In this document: positions 11,264 to 46,140 of the stretch, piece after piece
Layout of the letters: each line of letters starts with the position of its first letter
Numbering within the stretch: position 1 is the first letter of the stretch
Assembly: GCA_964276515.1 (NCBI GenBank)
Contig: OZ193909.1
Coordinates: 18,476,001-18,540,000, forward strand
Reading direction: 5' to 3'
Source of the DNA: Gordius albopunctatus
Lineage: Eukaryota
DNA length: 64,000 nucleotides
Made by a program: the position numbers and the translations under genes
Notes under the pieces: generated by a model
Told to the model about the DNA's origin: nothing
The model's input: only the letters and a program-made list of their open reading frames with translations
Database searches by the model: none

Positions 11264-13548
11264 AAGAGATCTGCCTGGGGCCGGGCAGGCCCGCGGGCCG
11301 GACCGTACCTAAAATTGAGCAATAAAAAAAGGTTTGGGCCGGGCTAGGGCTTTGAAAAGTGAAAATTTTGAAATTATTTATTTTCATACTCTAATTTTAA
11401 TATAGAAACAAAAAAATGCACTTATTAGCTTAATGATAATAAAAAAATTTATTTTTCCAAATAAATCTGGTGGAACTCAATAATCATAATGTGAAAAAGT
11501 TTGAATGAGATGTATGATAAACTAGTCATTTTTAATCTGGCAAAGATTTAATGGAAAAATTTGAAGGTATATTATCTTTTGAAAAGGCAAGCATCAAGTT
11601 AGAAGTGGATAAGACACCAACACTCTATAAAATATTACCCTTTTATACATCACTAGCTGTGCCCGGCCAAGCGTTGCTTTGGCTCAGAACTTAAGTGGTT
11701 AAATAAGTATAACCTATTAATAAGACTTATCTAAAATGGGGTCATATATGAAATAATAATTAAAATAAATAAAATATCCATAATATTTATTTAGAGCACG
11801 AATTTTATCACGTCATGGATTTTATAAACCCACTATTTTTAGTATATATATAATAAGACAAACCAAATGCGAATTCTGTTTTAGTCATCAAATCCGACTA
11901 AAATTAAATGTTTTTGAAAAAATTGCTATTTTTCTAGTTAGCTGATTTATTTGAAATACAATTTTCTTTAATATAATAAAATAATTAATTGAAGGATGGA
12001 TAATTATTAAAAATATGCTTCTATGATCGACCACGTGATAATAATTTAAATATTATTTAATTTAAATAGTTTGTTAAACCCCAATAATTTTGACCCTGTA
12101 ACATTTTTATTATACTTTTAAATATCTAATTCGAGAAAACTTCAGCCTTGTATGTATGACGTCATTATTTTATATGCTGCTATAAATTAAAATGGCCGGG
12201 AAATGTCCGATATTTTTAAAACGAAAAGGTATTTTAGGAATCCGAAAAAACTATTTTACCCCTGGTATTCCTGGGCATCTACGGCTAAAATTTCGCGCGA
12301 ATCGGGTCGGTAGTTTCAGAATTAAGCCATTTTTTAAAACTAAAAAGGCCCATATTTTTAAAACTAAAAAGAATTTTAGGATCCTGGAAAAGCTATTTTA
12401 CACCTGGCCGCCCTGGGAACCTACGGATAAAGTTTCGCCACAAATGACAAAGCATATGAGGAAAAAAACGTAACGTAAAAAGTAGCAGCATAACGATAAA
12501 TAAGTATAAAAACGTAGTATAAATAATCCGCTATATGGCGGTATAGACTACCAAAAAACAGTGTTCCCGTTGTCGTAGGTTGATAAAAAGTATCTATAAA
12601 CCATCTACAATGCTAAGGCAATAATCTGGCCAAATTTGGTGGCAAACGGTTGAAAATTCTAAAGGATATTAGCGTTCAAAAAAAGGGACTTAGATTTATA
12701 TATATATAGATTAAAAAGCATCCCATTTTTGTTTCCTTCAAACACGTCTAATGATGATCCTGTTGACTTAAAGATTTATCTACAAATTTAAGTCAAGAGC
12801 CCAAACTATGCTAATTTCAAAGTTTAATATCGAAAGTTATCATAAAATATCAACCTTTCTTGTTTATTAGTTTCGCACGATGAAAATGTTACCCGAATAT
12901 GAAAGAAACTTCTTAAAAACTACGGTAAAAATATTTTAAAGAAATCCATGTAGTAAATCCTGGGTCTTCCGACATAGATCGTCTTGCATAAGTGGTCCAA
13001 CTATGATTAATCCAGCTCAGGTGTGCAACACTAAGCAATTATCTATTTTTTTATTTGGGACGATGATGAAACGGAAAAATTGAAGATTTCCACGAAGTTG
13101 ATACATCTTAAATCAAATCTAAACCTGAGGATGCTCAGCTAGGTGTATTTTTATGGTCGAAATACCAACTTATGATAGTTACCAAACTTACCAAAATAAG
13201 CTAGTCAGTTTTTGTCAATTCCAATGGCTATGGCTACGAGTAAACTCACATTCAGTAAGTCAAGTCGTCTTATATAACAGAGAAGAACGAAATTATTGCC
13301 TTATAGAATATATACTCTTTTAGTTTTAAATGACAATATTAAATTGTAATTTTTAATTAGAACATTTTACGAACAATACAAAAAAAAATTTATACAAATA
13401 AATAATTTTGAAACAGCGTAGACTTATTTTTACTCGTGCGGGCCTGATGCGGCGCAATTTTTGGGATTTTATTGCGGGCCAAAAAATTTATATTTGTGCG
13501 GGTATGGGCTGGGCCTGAACCTAAAATTTCGGCCCATGCAGACCTCTA
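11264..13548 (+). mobile_element. hAT-superfamily DNA transposon remnant
   Basis: 8-bp TSD gtggccac (11256-11263 and 13549-13556); imperfect TIRs aagagatctgcctggg / cccatgcagacctcta. Remnant of a hAT dimerisation domain at about 13182-13340: PNLPK*ASQFLSIPMAMATSKLTFSKSSRLI*QRRTKLLP. Confidence 0.88.
11653..12710 (-). mobile_element. Non-autonomous Helitron nested in the hAT element, mirror of 337-1394
   Basis: Same TC...hairpin-CTAG ends on the minus strand, A|T target. Confidence 0.85.
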
Positions 13549-13769
13549 GTGGCCACGTCCCTGGGTAATTTAGGTCCCAGTATTGGCACTGAGAGCTGGA
13601 CAAGAGAGGAAGAGGATGACATGGTGTATGTCTATAGGGGTACAGAGTTATGATAACTAAGGATATGACTTAAACATGTCCCTTACTTAAACAAGATAAA
13701 AGAAGATTTTCAAAACCATTGATTCTGTGACCAAATACACGATAAAGTAGTAGAAGATATGGTTGTTGC

Positions 13770-13972
13770 TAGAGTTGTTATATTGCTAACTTTCATCAAC
13801 TCCAGCTACCATATGCTCGAGTTTCTGCTCGGCCCTCGAGCATTTTTATATGCTAATGCTCTTCCTAGTGCTCCGAACAGCGAGCACATATTGTGCTAAC
13901 GCGCATATTAAGCAACTCAGTGTGCGTGCTCGCGACTGGAGTTTGAAGAAAGTTAGCAATTTAACAACTCTA
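13770..13972. mobile_element. 203-bp hAT-type MITE
   Basis: TIR tagagttgttatattgctaactttc / gaaagttagcaatttaacaactcta; 8-bp TSD gttgttgc. Second copy at 40644-40846. Confidence 0.92.
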
Positions 13973-15591
13973 GTTGTTGCTAAGCTCGTGACCTTTTTCT
14001 TTTTATGGTTGACCATGACTATAATTTTAGGCTAAGATCTAATATCTTTTTAAATCAAGGATTAATAATAAAATAAATAAAAATAAGGTCAAAATTATGC
14101 TCAGACTTTGATTCCGACTTCGGTTAAGACTTTGTGAGTTTTGCATGTGTGACTTAACCATAAATCGTGACATAAAATATGTTTATATGTTTATCACCAA
14201 GTAAAAGCTATTGGAAATACCATTTATGCGTAATCAATTCACTTTTTTATTTTATAATTATAAAAAATATGATTAGTACACGTTAAAATATAGGGACGAC
14301 ATAAATCTATGCATGAAAATCGTGTTGAACGATTTCCGTTGTAATGCTTTTTCGATCTGTTTAAAGAAAAGAGTGTCTTAGTGCCTATGTTTTCAATCTA
14401 TATAGCCAACATTCGTATTTGGAACCAAGGGGAGTAAACATTTTGTAGATCTTCGTTTTTATGCATTGACAATTTTGGGAGAGGAGATGTAAGGGGACAA
14501 AATATTGACCGTGGTGAAGTCCCTGATAAGGTTCAGTCTAGGAGACCAATTGTGATGTGGCAAGCTAAAGCCCTTCCGATAATTATGTTAATGGCCGTAT
14601 GTCTGGGGCGATAACCTTCACTATATTTACAGTGGAGGGCGTGATACTTATTGGCTTATAAAGGTTATTTCCCTATATGGCATAGTAAGGAGGATATAAT
14701 GTAACAGCTTAGAGGGAGGCTTATAATTCAGCATAACTACTATCCAGACATATGGACGTCAAAAATTCTTCTTAAGTTATCTTAGAGCTATTCCTAACCG
14801 CTTTTGGAAGAGAATTTCTTGAGATATATCGTTCGAACATAGATAAACTATTGATACCAGAAGAACCTATTACATTTGGGTCATTCGATGGCCTTCGACA
14901 AACTCGAGCTGGGCCTTCTGGAGCTACAAGCAAATTGGTTTGTCATAGCCAAAATATAACTTTCGCCATTCAGGCCCGAAGATTTAACAAGAATCAAATT
15001 TTTTGTATACAATGCCTATTACGCCACACGTAGAGGGCAAAACTTAGCCATGTTGGGGGCGTTATTTAATGTTTGGGGCCGTTTTAAAAAGTGACTGAAA
15101 CTTACTCTATCCATATTAATTAATCATAATTAACTCTATTACCCCCATTCCTTTTTATCCCCCCCCCCCCATTTTGCGCCGACCAGCTTTAAATTATTAA
15201 TGATGGAATTTTATTGTCATCCACAAAAGAATGCAAGCTCACCCAAAAGCAGATTTTTTACGCGCGAGAAATAAAATAATTAAATAATATACTTGATTTT
15301 GGTTTACACATTTTGGAAATTATTAGATGATAAAGAAGTGTTTGTTTGGGCATATCCTACAGTAAGATAGGAAAAACATTTTCAGCCAAAAAATTAGGAA
15401 GTATAAAGGGGAGGCAATCTTGGTGAAAATTTTATTGAAAACCGTTAAGATTCGGATCATTATACCGGTGCTCCTAGACGGTAAAATTAATCGAAACAGA
15501 GAGGCGTTAAGCTTTAGTAACCTGCTGTATATTTTCTACTTAGAGTGATTTAGCTTGGGACCCATGGAGTCCCTAAATAAAATATGATAGA

Positions 15592-15810
15592 CATGGGCGT
15601 ACGCAGGGGGCAGGGGGCAGGGGGGCGGCTTTAAAAAATTATGTTTTGCCCCTCCCTAATTAGTCACTGCCACTCCCTAATTAGCCACTGCTCCTCTCTA
15701 TGCCAAAATTTTGGATAGTCGAGGACCTTTTTTTGCTCTCAGGAAAATTTTTGATAAGGAATTTTTTTTTTACAATTCTGCCCCTAATTCAAAACCTGCA
15801 TACGTCCATG
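15592..15810. mobile_element. hAT-type MITE (CATGGGCGTA TIR family)
   Basis: catgggcgtacgcagg ... cctgcatacgtccatg with 8-bp TSD atgataga. Relatives at 35922-36007 and 39164-39287, and decayed ones near 19350-19500, 20025-20095, 25130-25300 and 48627-48770. Confidence 0.88.
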
Positions 15811-15932
15811 ATGATAGACGGAATTCCGCAGATTTTGGTCTCGAGGTCGATCAAAAATCCATTTATGTACTAAATTGTCTTTTTTATACATATGATTTTT
15901 AAAATCTTTTGCACTTATGAAGAGTATAAATC

Positions 15933-38740
<22,808 letters not shown>

Positions 38741-39163
38741 AAACTTTATTATGACCACACACAACATCAACCTTTATTTACTTAGCATTTATATTTATCT
38801 TAACTTTTAATAAGTGTATGCATATGTAATTTTGTGATTTGCCTTGCTATATTTAATTGCTATGCAATTTATGGGTTATTTGCGGTGAAAAATGTCCCAT
38901 CCTGACCTGTCCTCTTTTTTATACATAGCTTTTTATACCCATGTTTCTTTGAACCCTCCATCATATTTTTCCCCATCTATTTGCCCAAAGACATTTTCAA
39001 ACCTTCGAATCAAGAAAATTAAATGCCATTTTTTCAGTTTAAAATTATTGTATGTTTTTCTAGAAATCCTTTTATGTTGGTTTAAAGTTTCAACTTTTAA
39101 TTCCTAATGTTTGAATGATAGCGATTACAATATTATTAAGCTTAATAACGGAGGGTTAGGAGA

Positions 39164-39287
39164 AATGGGCGCGGTGGCTGCCCCCCTCTAAATCCAAAAA
39201 TTGGTTGAAATTTATTAAAATGGTGGCTAAAATTTCAACAAATGATCATATTGCCCCCCTCTAATCCCAATGCTGGGTACGCCCATG
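39164..39287. mobile_element. hAT-type MITE (CATGGGCGTA family)
   Basis: aatgggcg ... tacgcccatg with 8-bp TSD ttaggaga. Confidence 0.8.
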
Positions 39288-39609
39288 TTAGGAGACTTGA
39301 CAATATGCCATTTATACAATATATATTCATTTTATTTGTGATATAAATTACAACGCAATATACAATAAGCTTATTAAATTATTGACTCCCGTTTTTTTAA
39401 AACAAAGCCCATTTCTTTTCTCGCAATATTGAAATTGTATCGAAATTAACTTATTTATTTTCTAGCATTTGGATGCAACTGTGTCGTCGCTATTGATTTT
39501 GTACTATTTTAATACGAGCTTTTTATATATTTTTTGTCACACATCTAATGCATATATTATCAAATTAAACGTTATTCCCCTTATTGAATAATCTTAAATC
39601 TTCTTATTT

Positions 39610-41465
39610 ATCAGTTATTTGGTCCCAATCCCAAAGTCGTGTGTTTTGTTTTAATAAGTTCTTCCATCTTGATCGGGTGAGTGACATGTCATGATAAATC
39701 TTCTTTGTTTTCATAATTATCGACTTGCTCTCTTTCCCGGTACCTCCATGTCCAGTCCTTTACGATTTAAGTCATTCCTGACCCTTCTTAGTATATGCCC
39801 ATACCACCTTCATGTCGCCATAGTTTTTTGAGAAAGTCATTTCTCATATGGTCGAGCTTAGTATACCCCAAGCTCCACCCTATCATTCTCATTTCTGTGG
39901 CTGGTAATAGCTTTTCTTCCTTGGTGATGCCCATGTTTCACTTCCATATAGTAGCACAGGTCTTACGATTTTTCTCTTCAGCCATATTGGCAATTTCTTG
40001 TCGCACATTACACCGGATATACTTTGCCATTTAAGCCATCCTTTTTGGATCCGAGCATTGACTTCTGTTATCGATCCGAGGTATGTGTACGCGGCGTTAT
40101 TCGCGATTGCAACGGCCTTTTTTGCGGCTCTCTTTGCGTCCCTAGACTCTTGATAATCCTCCGCCTTTTTTGATTTATGCCACCGTCTATATAGATTTTT
40201 CTTTCTATGAAATCCCTAACCGATTGATCCCACCACCATAGTTCCCTATTCATAGCTTTGCCTCTTTGGTCTGTCCACGAATCGCTATTTCCTTAATGTC
40301 CTTAGTTATCATCTCCCTCTTCTTCTACGTCCCTTTGCAACTTACTTGCACCCAAGAGTGAGGAGGCTTTTTGATGGTATTCTTGGTTCGTCGACGTATC
40401 CTTAAGCCTTTCCTATCAGATTCGAGGTTCGGAAATCTTTTATCAGGATCCATAACAAGAGGACGATGTTGCCTGGCGATTTCTTCCCCCGGTATTACTT
40501 TGCAATCCTTGATACTCTATAAGTCTTTTTGCAGTATGAGCAGATAGTCAATTTGTCTAAAATGCTTTCGACTTCTATAAGTCACAATATGTTCGTGTTT
40601 TTGAGAATAAGTGTTAATGATCGCCATGTCGTATGCTTGGGATTAGAGTTGTTAAAATGCTAACTTTCTTCAAACTTCAGACGAGAGCACGCTCACTGAA
40701 TGGCTTAATATGCGCGTTAGCACAATATCTGCTCGCTGTTCGGTGTACTAGGTAGAGCAGTAGCATATAAAAATGCTCGAGGGGCGAGCAGAAATTCGAG
40801 CAGATGGGAGCTGAAGTTGAAGAAAGTTAGCAATATAACAACTCTACTTGGGATACTTGGAGAAGTTTTTCCCCTTGTTTGTTCTTCATACCATGTCTAT
40901 AGCCTCCCTGATTGCGTTCATATCGAGGCGATCATATCCCCCCCCCGCATTAATTAGCCTTTCTTCTTGCCCTATTCCTTGCATTTCCTTTTCCAATGAA
41001 TCGAAGAATATGTATTTTTCTGGTTCCATACACCCAATTTGGGCAACATACGCGCACATGACGCCAGTTTCTGTGAATTACTGACCCACTGTAGAATAGT
41101 TTGTATCCATCTCCTAACTTCCGAGATTTGATTCCGTTCCACTTCGTCTCTTGTAGGCAGGCAATTTGTACCTTTCTTCCTCGATGCTCTTCCAGGTCAA
41201 CGTTCCCACTTTCTAGCATGTTATTCGCATTATTTTTACAACTAATTTCCTTAACCGCCTCAGTTGTGAGTTGGGCAGTAACCCTATAGTGTATTTTCCC
41301 CATTGCACGGGCGGTCTATGCAGTGCGCGTCGTTTGTGGAGGATGCCCTAGCTTTCTCTTGTAAAATTTTGTTTTAAACTATCATGATGGAGTTGGTTTT
41401 TATAGCCGATTTCCGACCTGACGCCCACCCTCCACATTTTACACACGGACTTGGGACCTTCGTAG
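39610..41465 (-). mobile_element. Internally deleted RTE-clade LINE (AP-endonuclease part and 3' end present)
   Basis: IACLQETKWNGIKSRKLGDGYKLFYSG (ORF 40950-41303); SQIDYLL..CKVIPGE..QHRPL near 40460-40560; WWW motif near 40230; 3' end matches the RTE tails at 21300 and 49860. Confidence 0.82.
40644..40846. mobile_element. 203-bp hAT-type MITE inserted in the RTE element
   Basis: TIR tagagttgtta / taacaactcta; TSD cttgggat; inverted relative to 13770-13972. Confidence 0.92.
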
Positions 41466-42169
41466 GTAAAGCCTTGCTAGATTAAATTTCTTCTGCCCGA
41501 GCCCGACTTCTCCATTTTTTTGCCCGTGCCCGAAAGACTTTTTTATTTTTGGCCCGACCCGATTTTTCAAAAAGAATACTTTTGAAAATTTTTAATTTTC
41601 AAATTATTTCACCATCTAAATATAAAATGCATTAGATTCTTATTACTCGTAATTTACAACTAGGATAAGTTTGAATTCTAATAATCCATTTTCTCGCGTT
41701 ACAATTTATTTAGCTAATAATTTATGACTAGAAATATAACTTAAAAAAATAAATTTTATTTAACAATTCCATATAAATACTTTTGAAAATATTTACTGAT
41801 CTTATTTCAAAAGTTATAACAGCTACCTAGAATAAGATTTGCAATTCAGGTCAGTTATATTATAATAGGCAGGGGAAAAGCTGAAGTTTGGAAGCTATAT
41901 TATGTACAATGTGCAAAGATAATTAGTTAATATAGATTTGAGTTTGTTTAAATCATATTTTATAAAAGATTAGTTTGCTTTAGTCCATCCCTGGTCGTAT
42001 TCTCTCAACGTGACTGACGCCAACGGCGCCAACATTGCACCTGTGTCTACGACCTCAGCTTGATCCAGATGCAGTGGCGTGGAACGAAGTGGCGAGACGA
42101 GAAGCGTGGCCTGGGCCGGTCCAGGTTCCTAGGTTAAACCATGCTTTTGATGTGTTAACAGTAGATATT

Positions 42170-43065
42170 AATTGCTATGCAATTCATGGGCTCGCTTTTT
42201 GGTGTCCGTTGTCCGTCCGTTACCCTTCAAAGTATTTACACCGGCTTTCTGACTTGTAGGTTCGAGTTCAATTCCCGGAGACGACAAAAAACATTTTTTT
42301 AATTAAATTAATATTTTGTTATTGTTAATACCCTTGATAATATGACTTTTTGACCGTGTTCTGGCTGCTGACCAATGGAAAAATAACCTTTGGCCAAATT
42401 ATGATCGAAATTTTAATTGCTACGCAATTTATGGGTTTATTTTCGTTTTTGAATTGGAATATTAGGTTAATATTGATAATTACCCTATGCCCTCCCTTAC
42501 AAGGGCCTATGCCTCCTTTGATATGGGTCCCTGTGTCCCCACAAAGGCTTATGTCTACTGACGTGGGTTCAAATCCCGGAGAGGGCAAATTTTTTTTAAT
42601 TTTTATTATTTAATTAATATTTTGTTCTTGTTAATACCATTGATAATATGACTTTTTGACCTTCCGCTGGCTACTGACCAATAAAAAAATGACCATTGGC
42701 CAAATAAATCAATTTTTTTTTGCGTTTTTACATTGGTTAACATTGATAATTACCCTATGCTCTACCTACAAGGGCCTATGCCTCTACTGATATGGGTCCC
42801 TGTTCCCGTACAAAGGCTTATGCCTGTAAATGTGGGTTCGAATCCCGGAGAGGGCAAAATTTTTATTTTTTTTACAATTAAATGAATATATTGTTCTTTT
42901 TAATATTATTGATAATATGACTTTTTGGCCGTCCGCTGGCTACTGACCAATGAAAAAAATGACCATTGATCAGAATGTGAATCGAATTTTTTTTCTTTTT
43001 TTTGACTCGTATGTATTTATAGACCGTCTCTTGGTACTGACCAATAAAAAAATGACAATTGGACA
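42170..43065 (+). mobile_element. Partial DINE-1/HINE-like element (5' part)
   Basis: aattgctatgcaattcatgggctcg, gtccgt repeats, and repeat units related to 28200-28700. Confidence 0.7.
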
Positions 43066-43519
43066 AATTGTTTTTAAGTAAAGGCTAAAATTTCAAAATG
43101 CTCCTCCCAAAATCATTAAAAATACTGAAACAAATTCTTGAATATTTGATATCCAAAAATGCCTATTGCTAAAGTGCTTTAAATCAGTGGTTCTTAACCT
43201 TTTTATACACGCGGCTCCTCCCCCCAATAATAATTTATATTTGTTAAATTATCTATAATATATTGATTTTCTATTATTGTTTCATTTTATTATTGTCGCA
43301 TATGTGAATACAATACGTATATTTGTATATCATTGTCTACAGATTATATTATTGCTATAATTATATAGTTTAATATTATAAGCCAAAATCCGAGTTGGCA
43401 GAAAAACATATGTTTTGATCTATATAATTTATCTTTTGTTCTTTAGTTGTCCCACCCGGGCCTTAGTATCAATAAAATGATCTTAATATGAGGTGATTAT
43501 TTCGAATTTTATTATATTA

Positions 43520-44390
43520 CTAGCTGTTCCCGGCCAAGCGTTGCTTTGGCTCAGTCCTTAAGTGGTTAAATAAGTATAACCTATTAATAAGACTACTTAT
43601 CTAAAATGGGGTGGGCATATATGAAATAATATTTCAAATAAATAAAATATCCATAATATTTATTTAGAGCACGAATTTTATCACGTCATGCATTTTATGA
43701 ACTCACTATTTTTAGTATATATAATAAGACAAACCAAATGCGAATTTTGTTTTACTCATAGAATACGACTAAAATTAAATGTTTTTGGAAAAATTGCTGA
43801 TTAATGCTGTTACTTATTATACAATAATACCATTATTTTATTTTTCTAGTTAGCTGATTTATTTGAAATACAATTTTCTTTAATATAATAAAATAATTAA
43901 TTGAAGGATGGATAATTATTAAAAATATGCTTCTATGATCGACCACGTGATAATAATTTAAATATTATTTATTTAATTTAAATAGTTTGTTAAACCCTAA
44001 TAATTTTGACCGTATACTGTAACATTTTTATTATAATTTTAAATATCTAATTCAAGAAAACTTCAGCCTTGTATGTATGACGTCATTATTGTATATGATG
44101 CTATAAATGAAACTGGCCGGGAAATGTCCGATATTTTTAAAACGAAAAGGTATTTTAGGAATCTGAAAAAGCTATTTTACCGCTGGCATCCCTGGGAACC
44201 TAATTGGGCCGGTAGTTTCAGAATTTATCCCTTTTTTAAAACTAAAAGGAATTTTAGGATTCTGCAAAAGCTGTTAATTTAAATTTTATTTATTTAATTT
44301 AAATAGTTGATTAAACCCCAATAATTTTGACCGTATACTGTAACATTTTTATTATACTTTTAAATATCTAATTCGAGAAAACTTCAGCCT
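43520..44390 (-). mobile_element. 5'-truncated Helitron of the 337-1394 family
   Basis: ctagctgttcccggccaagcgttgctttggc terminus at 43520; collinear with about 11653-12400, with an internal re-duplication at about 44275-44390. Confidence 0.85.
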
Positions 44391-44649
44391 TATTTCCTCG
44401 TTTTTTAATTAAATTCAAGTTTCTCTACACGTTATCAAGGATAGTTACAATTACCTAAACTCATTTATTTTCGTGATTTAAAATTTTCCAAATTCACTTA
44501 AATACTCTAGAGGGCCCTTAAATCCAAATTATTTAGGAGTCTTATTAAAAAATGTAAAAAGCCAGCAAATTGAATTATAAAAGGATTAGCCTAAGGAGCT
44601 TAGCCAAGAGCGGAGGGCAGGGAGGAGCGGCTGCCCCCCGCCTAAATCC

Positions 44650-45008
44650 AATATGCAATTTATGGGCTCACTTTCCATTTTCCGATGTCTTGTCACGCAC
44701 CGAATGTCTTGTCACGCTTTTCGTCGTGTTTACCACTGAAACCGCTTGGAAGTAGGTTTGATACCCGGGGAGGGCAATATTTTTTTTAATTAAATGGAAA
44801 TTTTTTATTAATAATTAACTAATAATTTTGCATTTAATACACCCCTATAGGCAATATCGCCCCTTCCCACCTTTCTCGCCCATAAATTGAATAGCAAATG
44901 GGCTACTTTTATACGGAGTATAGATGAGTCGTTCCCCATTCCCTCCTGCCCTCCCTCCCCACTTCCCTTCCCCCATCTCCCTTCCCACGAGGGCCGAAGG
45001 CCCGGGTT
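44650..45008 (+). mobile_element. Short DINE-1/HINE-like element without array
   Basis: atgcaatttatgggctc ... cccataaattgaatagcaaat ... cgagggccgaaggcccgggttt. Confidence 0.72.
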
Positions 45009-45019
45009 TATATATTAAT

Positions 45020-45280
45020 AACGAGTTGTTCCAATTAATCTTCGATACAGGGGGTTAGGTATCGATAATACCGGCGCAAAGATGGGCGAAAGAGATCCCA
45101 CTCAACAAAGAGCTCGTCGCGACGGTGTACGCATACGGCCACGAAGAAATAAAGATTGTAGTACAGGTGCAAGCCGATGTCCGAATGGGGAAAACGAGGA
45201 AACAGCTGCCGTTACTATTAGCAGACGTAGCTCGACCGCCGTTGTGTGAGATCGATTGGATTCAAGGATTCGAGCCCTAA
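45020..45280 (+). pseudogene. Retrotransposon aspartic-protease remnant
   Basis: Frame from 45023 reads ELFQLIFDTGG*VSIIPAQRW...VYAYGHEEIKIV...LPLLLADVARPPLCEIDWIQGF, collinear with the protease in 5034-8771. Confidence 0.7.
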
Positions 45281-45796
45281 ATTTGGCGAAGAATATGTTG
45301 GAACTCGAAAGCAAAGGCTGAACGGTTCGCGGTCAATTACGTAGAAAGACCGAAGGACCAAGTCCGCAATCCAGAAGGTTATGAGGCAATGGGACGGCCA
45401 GCTGCTTTTGCGAGTTGATTTATTCCTTGGGCGGAGCCACTCACCCCGGTAATAGGATGCAAAGAGGTAGCGTGAGTCGAGGAGTGTACGCAAGGAGAAG
45501 CGTCTTCTCGGCAGCAGGCATTCGGAGGAATCCCAGAGAAGTCCTTCCCGCGGTTAGCCCGGTTTGGAGGGGCACGGAGATTTCCCTGAGGGCGGCGCTT
45601 GGGGGGCCACGTAGGGTTAGTCGAAGGTGGTGTTGTGGGTGCCAACGTAGGCATCGAAGGCCGGCGTGTACGTCTGCGGCACCGCTGGAGGTACCAAGTC
45701 CCAAGGTGGTCGAATTCCCGAACCTTGGCTTGAACGAGATTGCAGTACATGTAGCAATGCATCTCGATCAAGCTGAGGTCGTAGATACAGATTTCA

Positions 45797-46140
45797 AAGG
45801 GCCATATTGAATTCGGCTACGAGTCCGTCTCTGGTTTCGGCCCTAGTGGGAGCCGTCCTGCCAGGAACCAGGCTATGCACCAATAAGCTAATTGGGGCAG
45901 GGCCGGGCAAAGAGGTTTGGCGCGAGGCGAGAGAGACGCTCAAGAGCGTAGCCGGCGCCCTGTACAATATATCCCATAAAGAACAGGGCCTTTCGGCAAT
46001 CTTCAAGAGCGGGGCATTCCCGCCCTCATAAAATTGCTTAGGTGAATAAATATTTTTTTATAATTTGTTTTTTTCAGTTTTCTCCTTTGATTTTTGATAT
46101 TACTCATATTTTTCTCCCTAGGTTTTTTTTATCCTCGTCG
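45797..46140 (+). pseudogene. Duplicated, frameshifted fragment of beta-catenin exon 4 plus the start of intron 4
   Basis: [20 protein letters not shown]...[27 protein letters not shown] matches 48253-48497. Similarity continues through the donor (ttag|gtgaataaa) and about 100 bp of intron. One G is missing near 46011. Confidence 0.9.

Larger units (their letters stand above)
1..13045. repeat. Long inverted repeat (palindrome): left arm 1-4410, spacer 4411-4426, right arm 4427-4752 plus 8964-13045, interrupted by an LTR element
   Basis: tgatttgaca (4401-4410) pairs with tgtcaaatca (4427-4436). ORFs occur as mirrored pairs: 4261-4473/4364-4576, 3132-3338/9710-9916, 1660-1926/11121-11387, 574-855/12192-12473. 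Bases 1-30 are the reverse complement of 13016-13045. The left arm runs off the window. Confidence 0.97.

Noticed and set aside
14400..15030. Possible Tc1-like transposase relic
   Set aside because: Only vague motif echoes across frames, with no TIRs or catalytic residues I can support.
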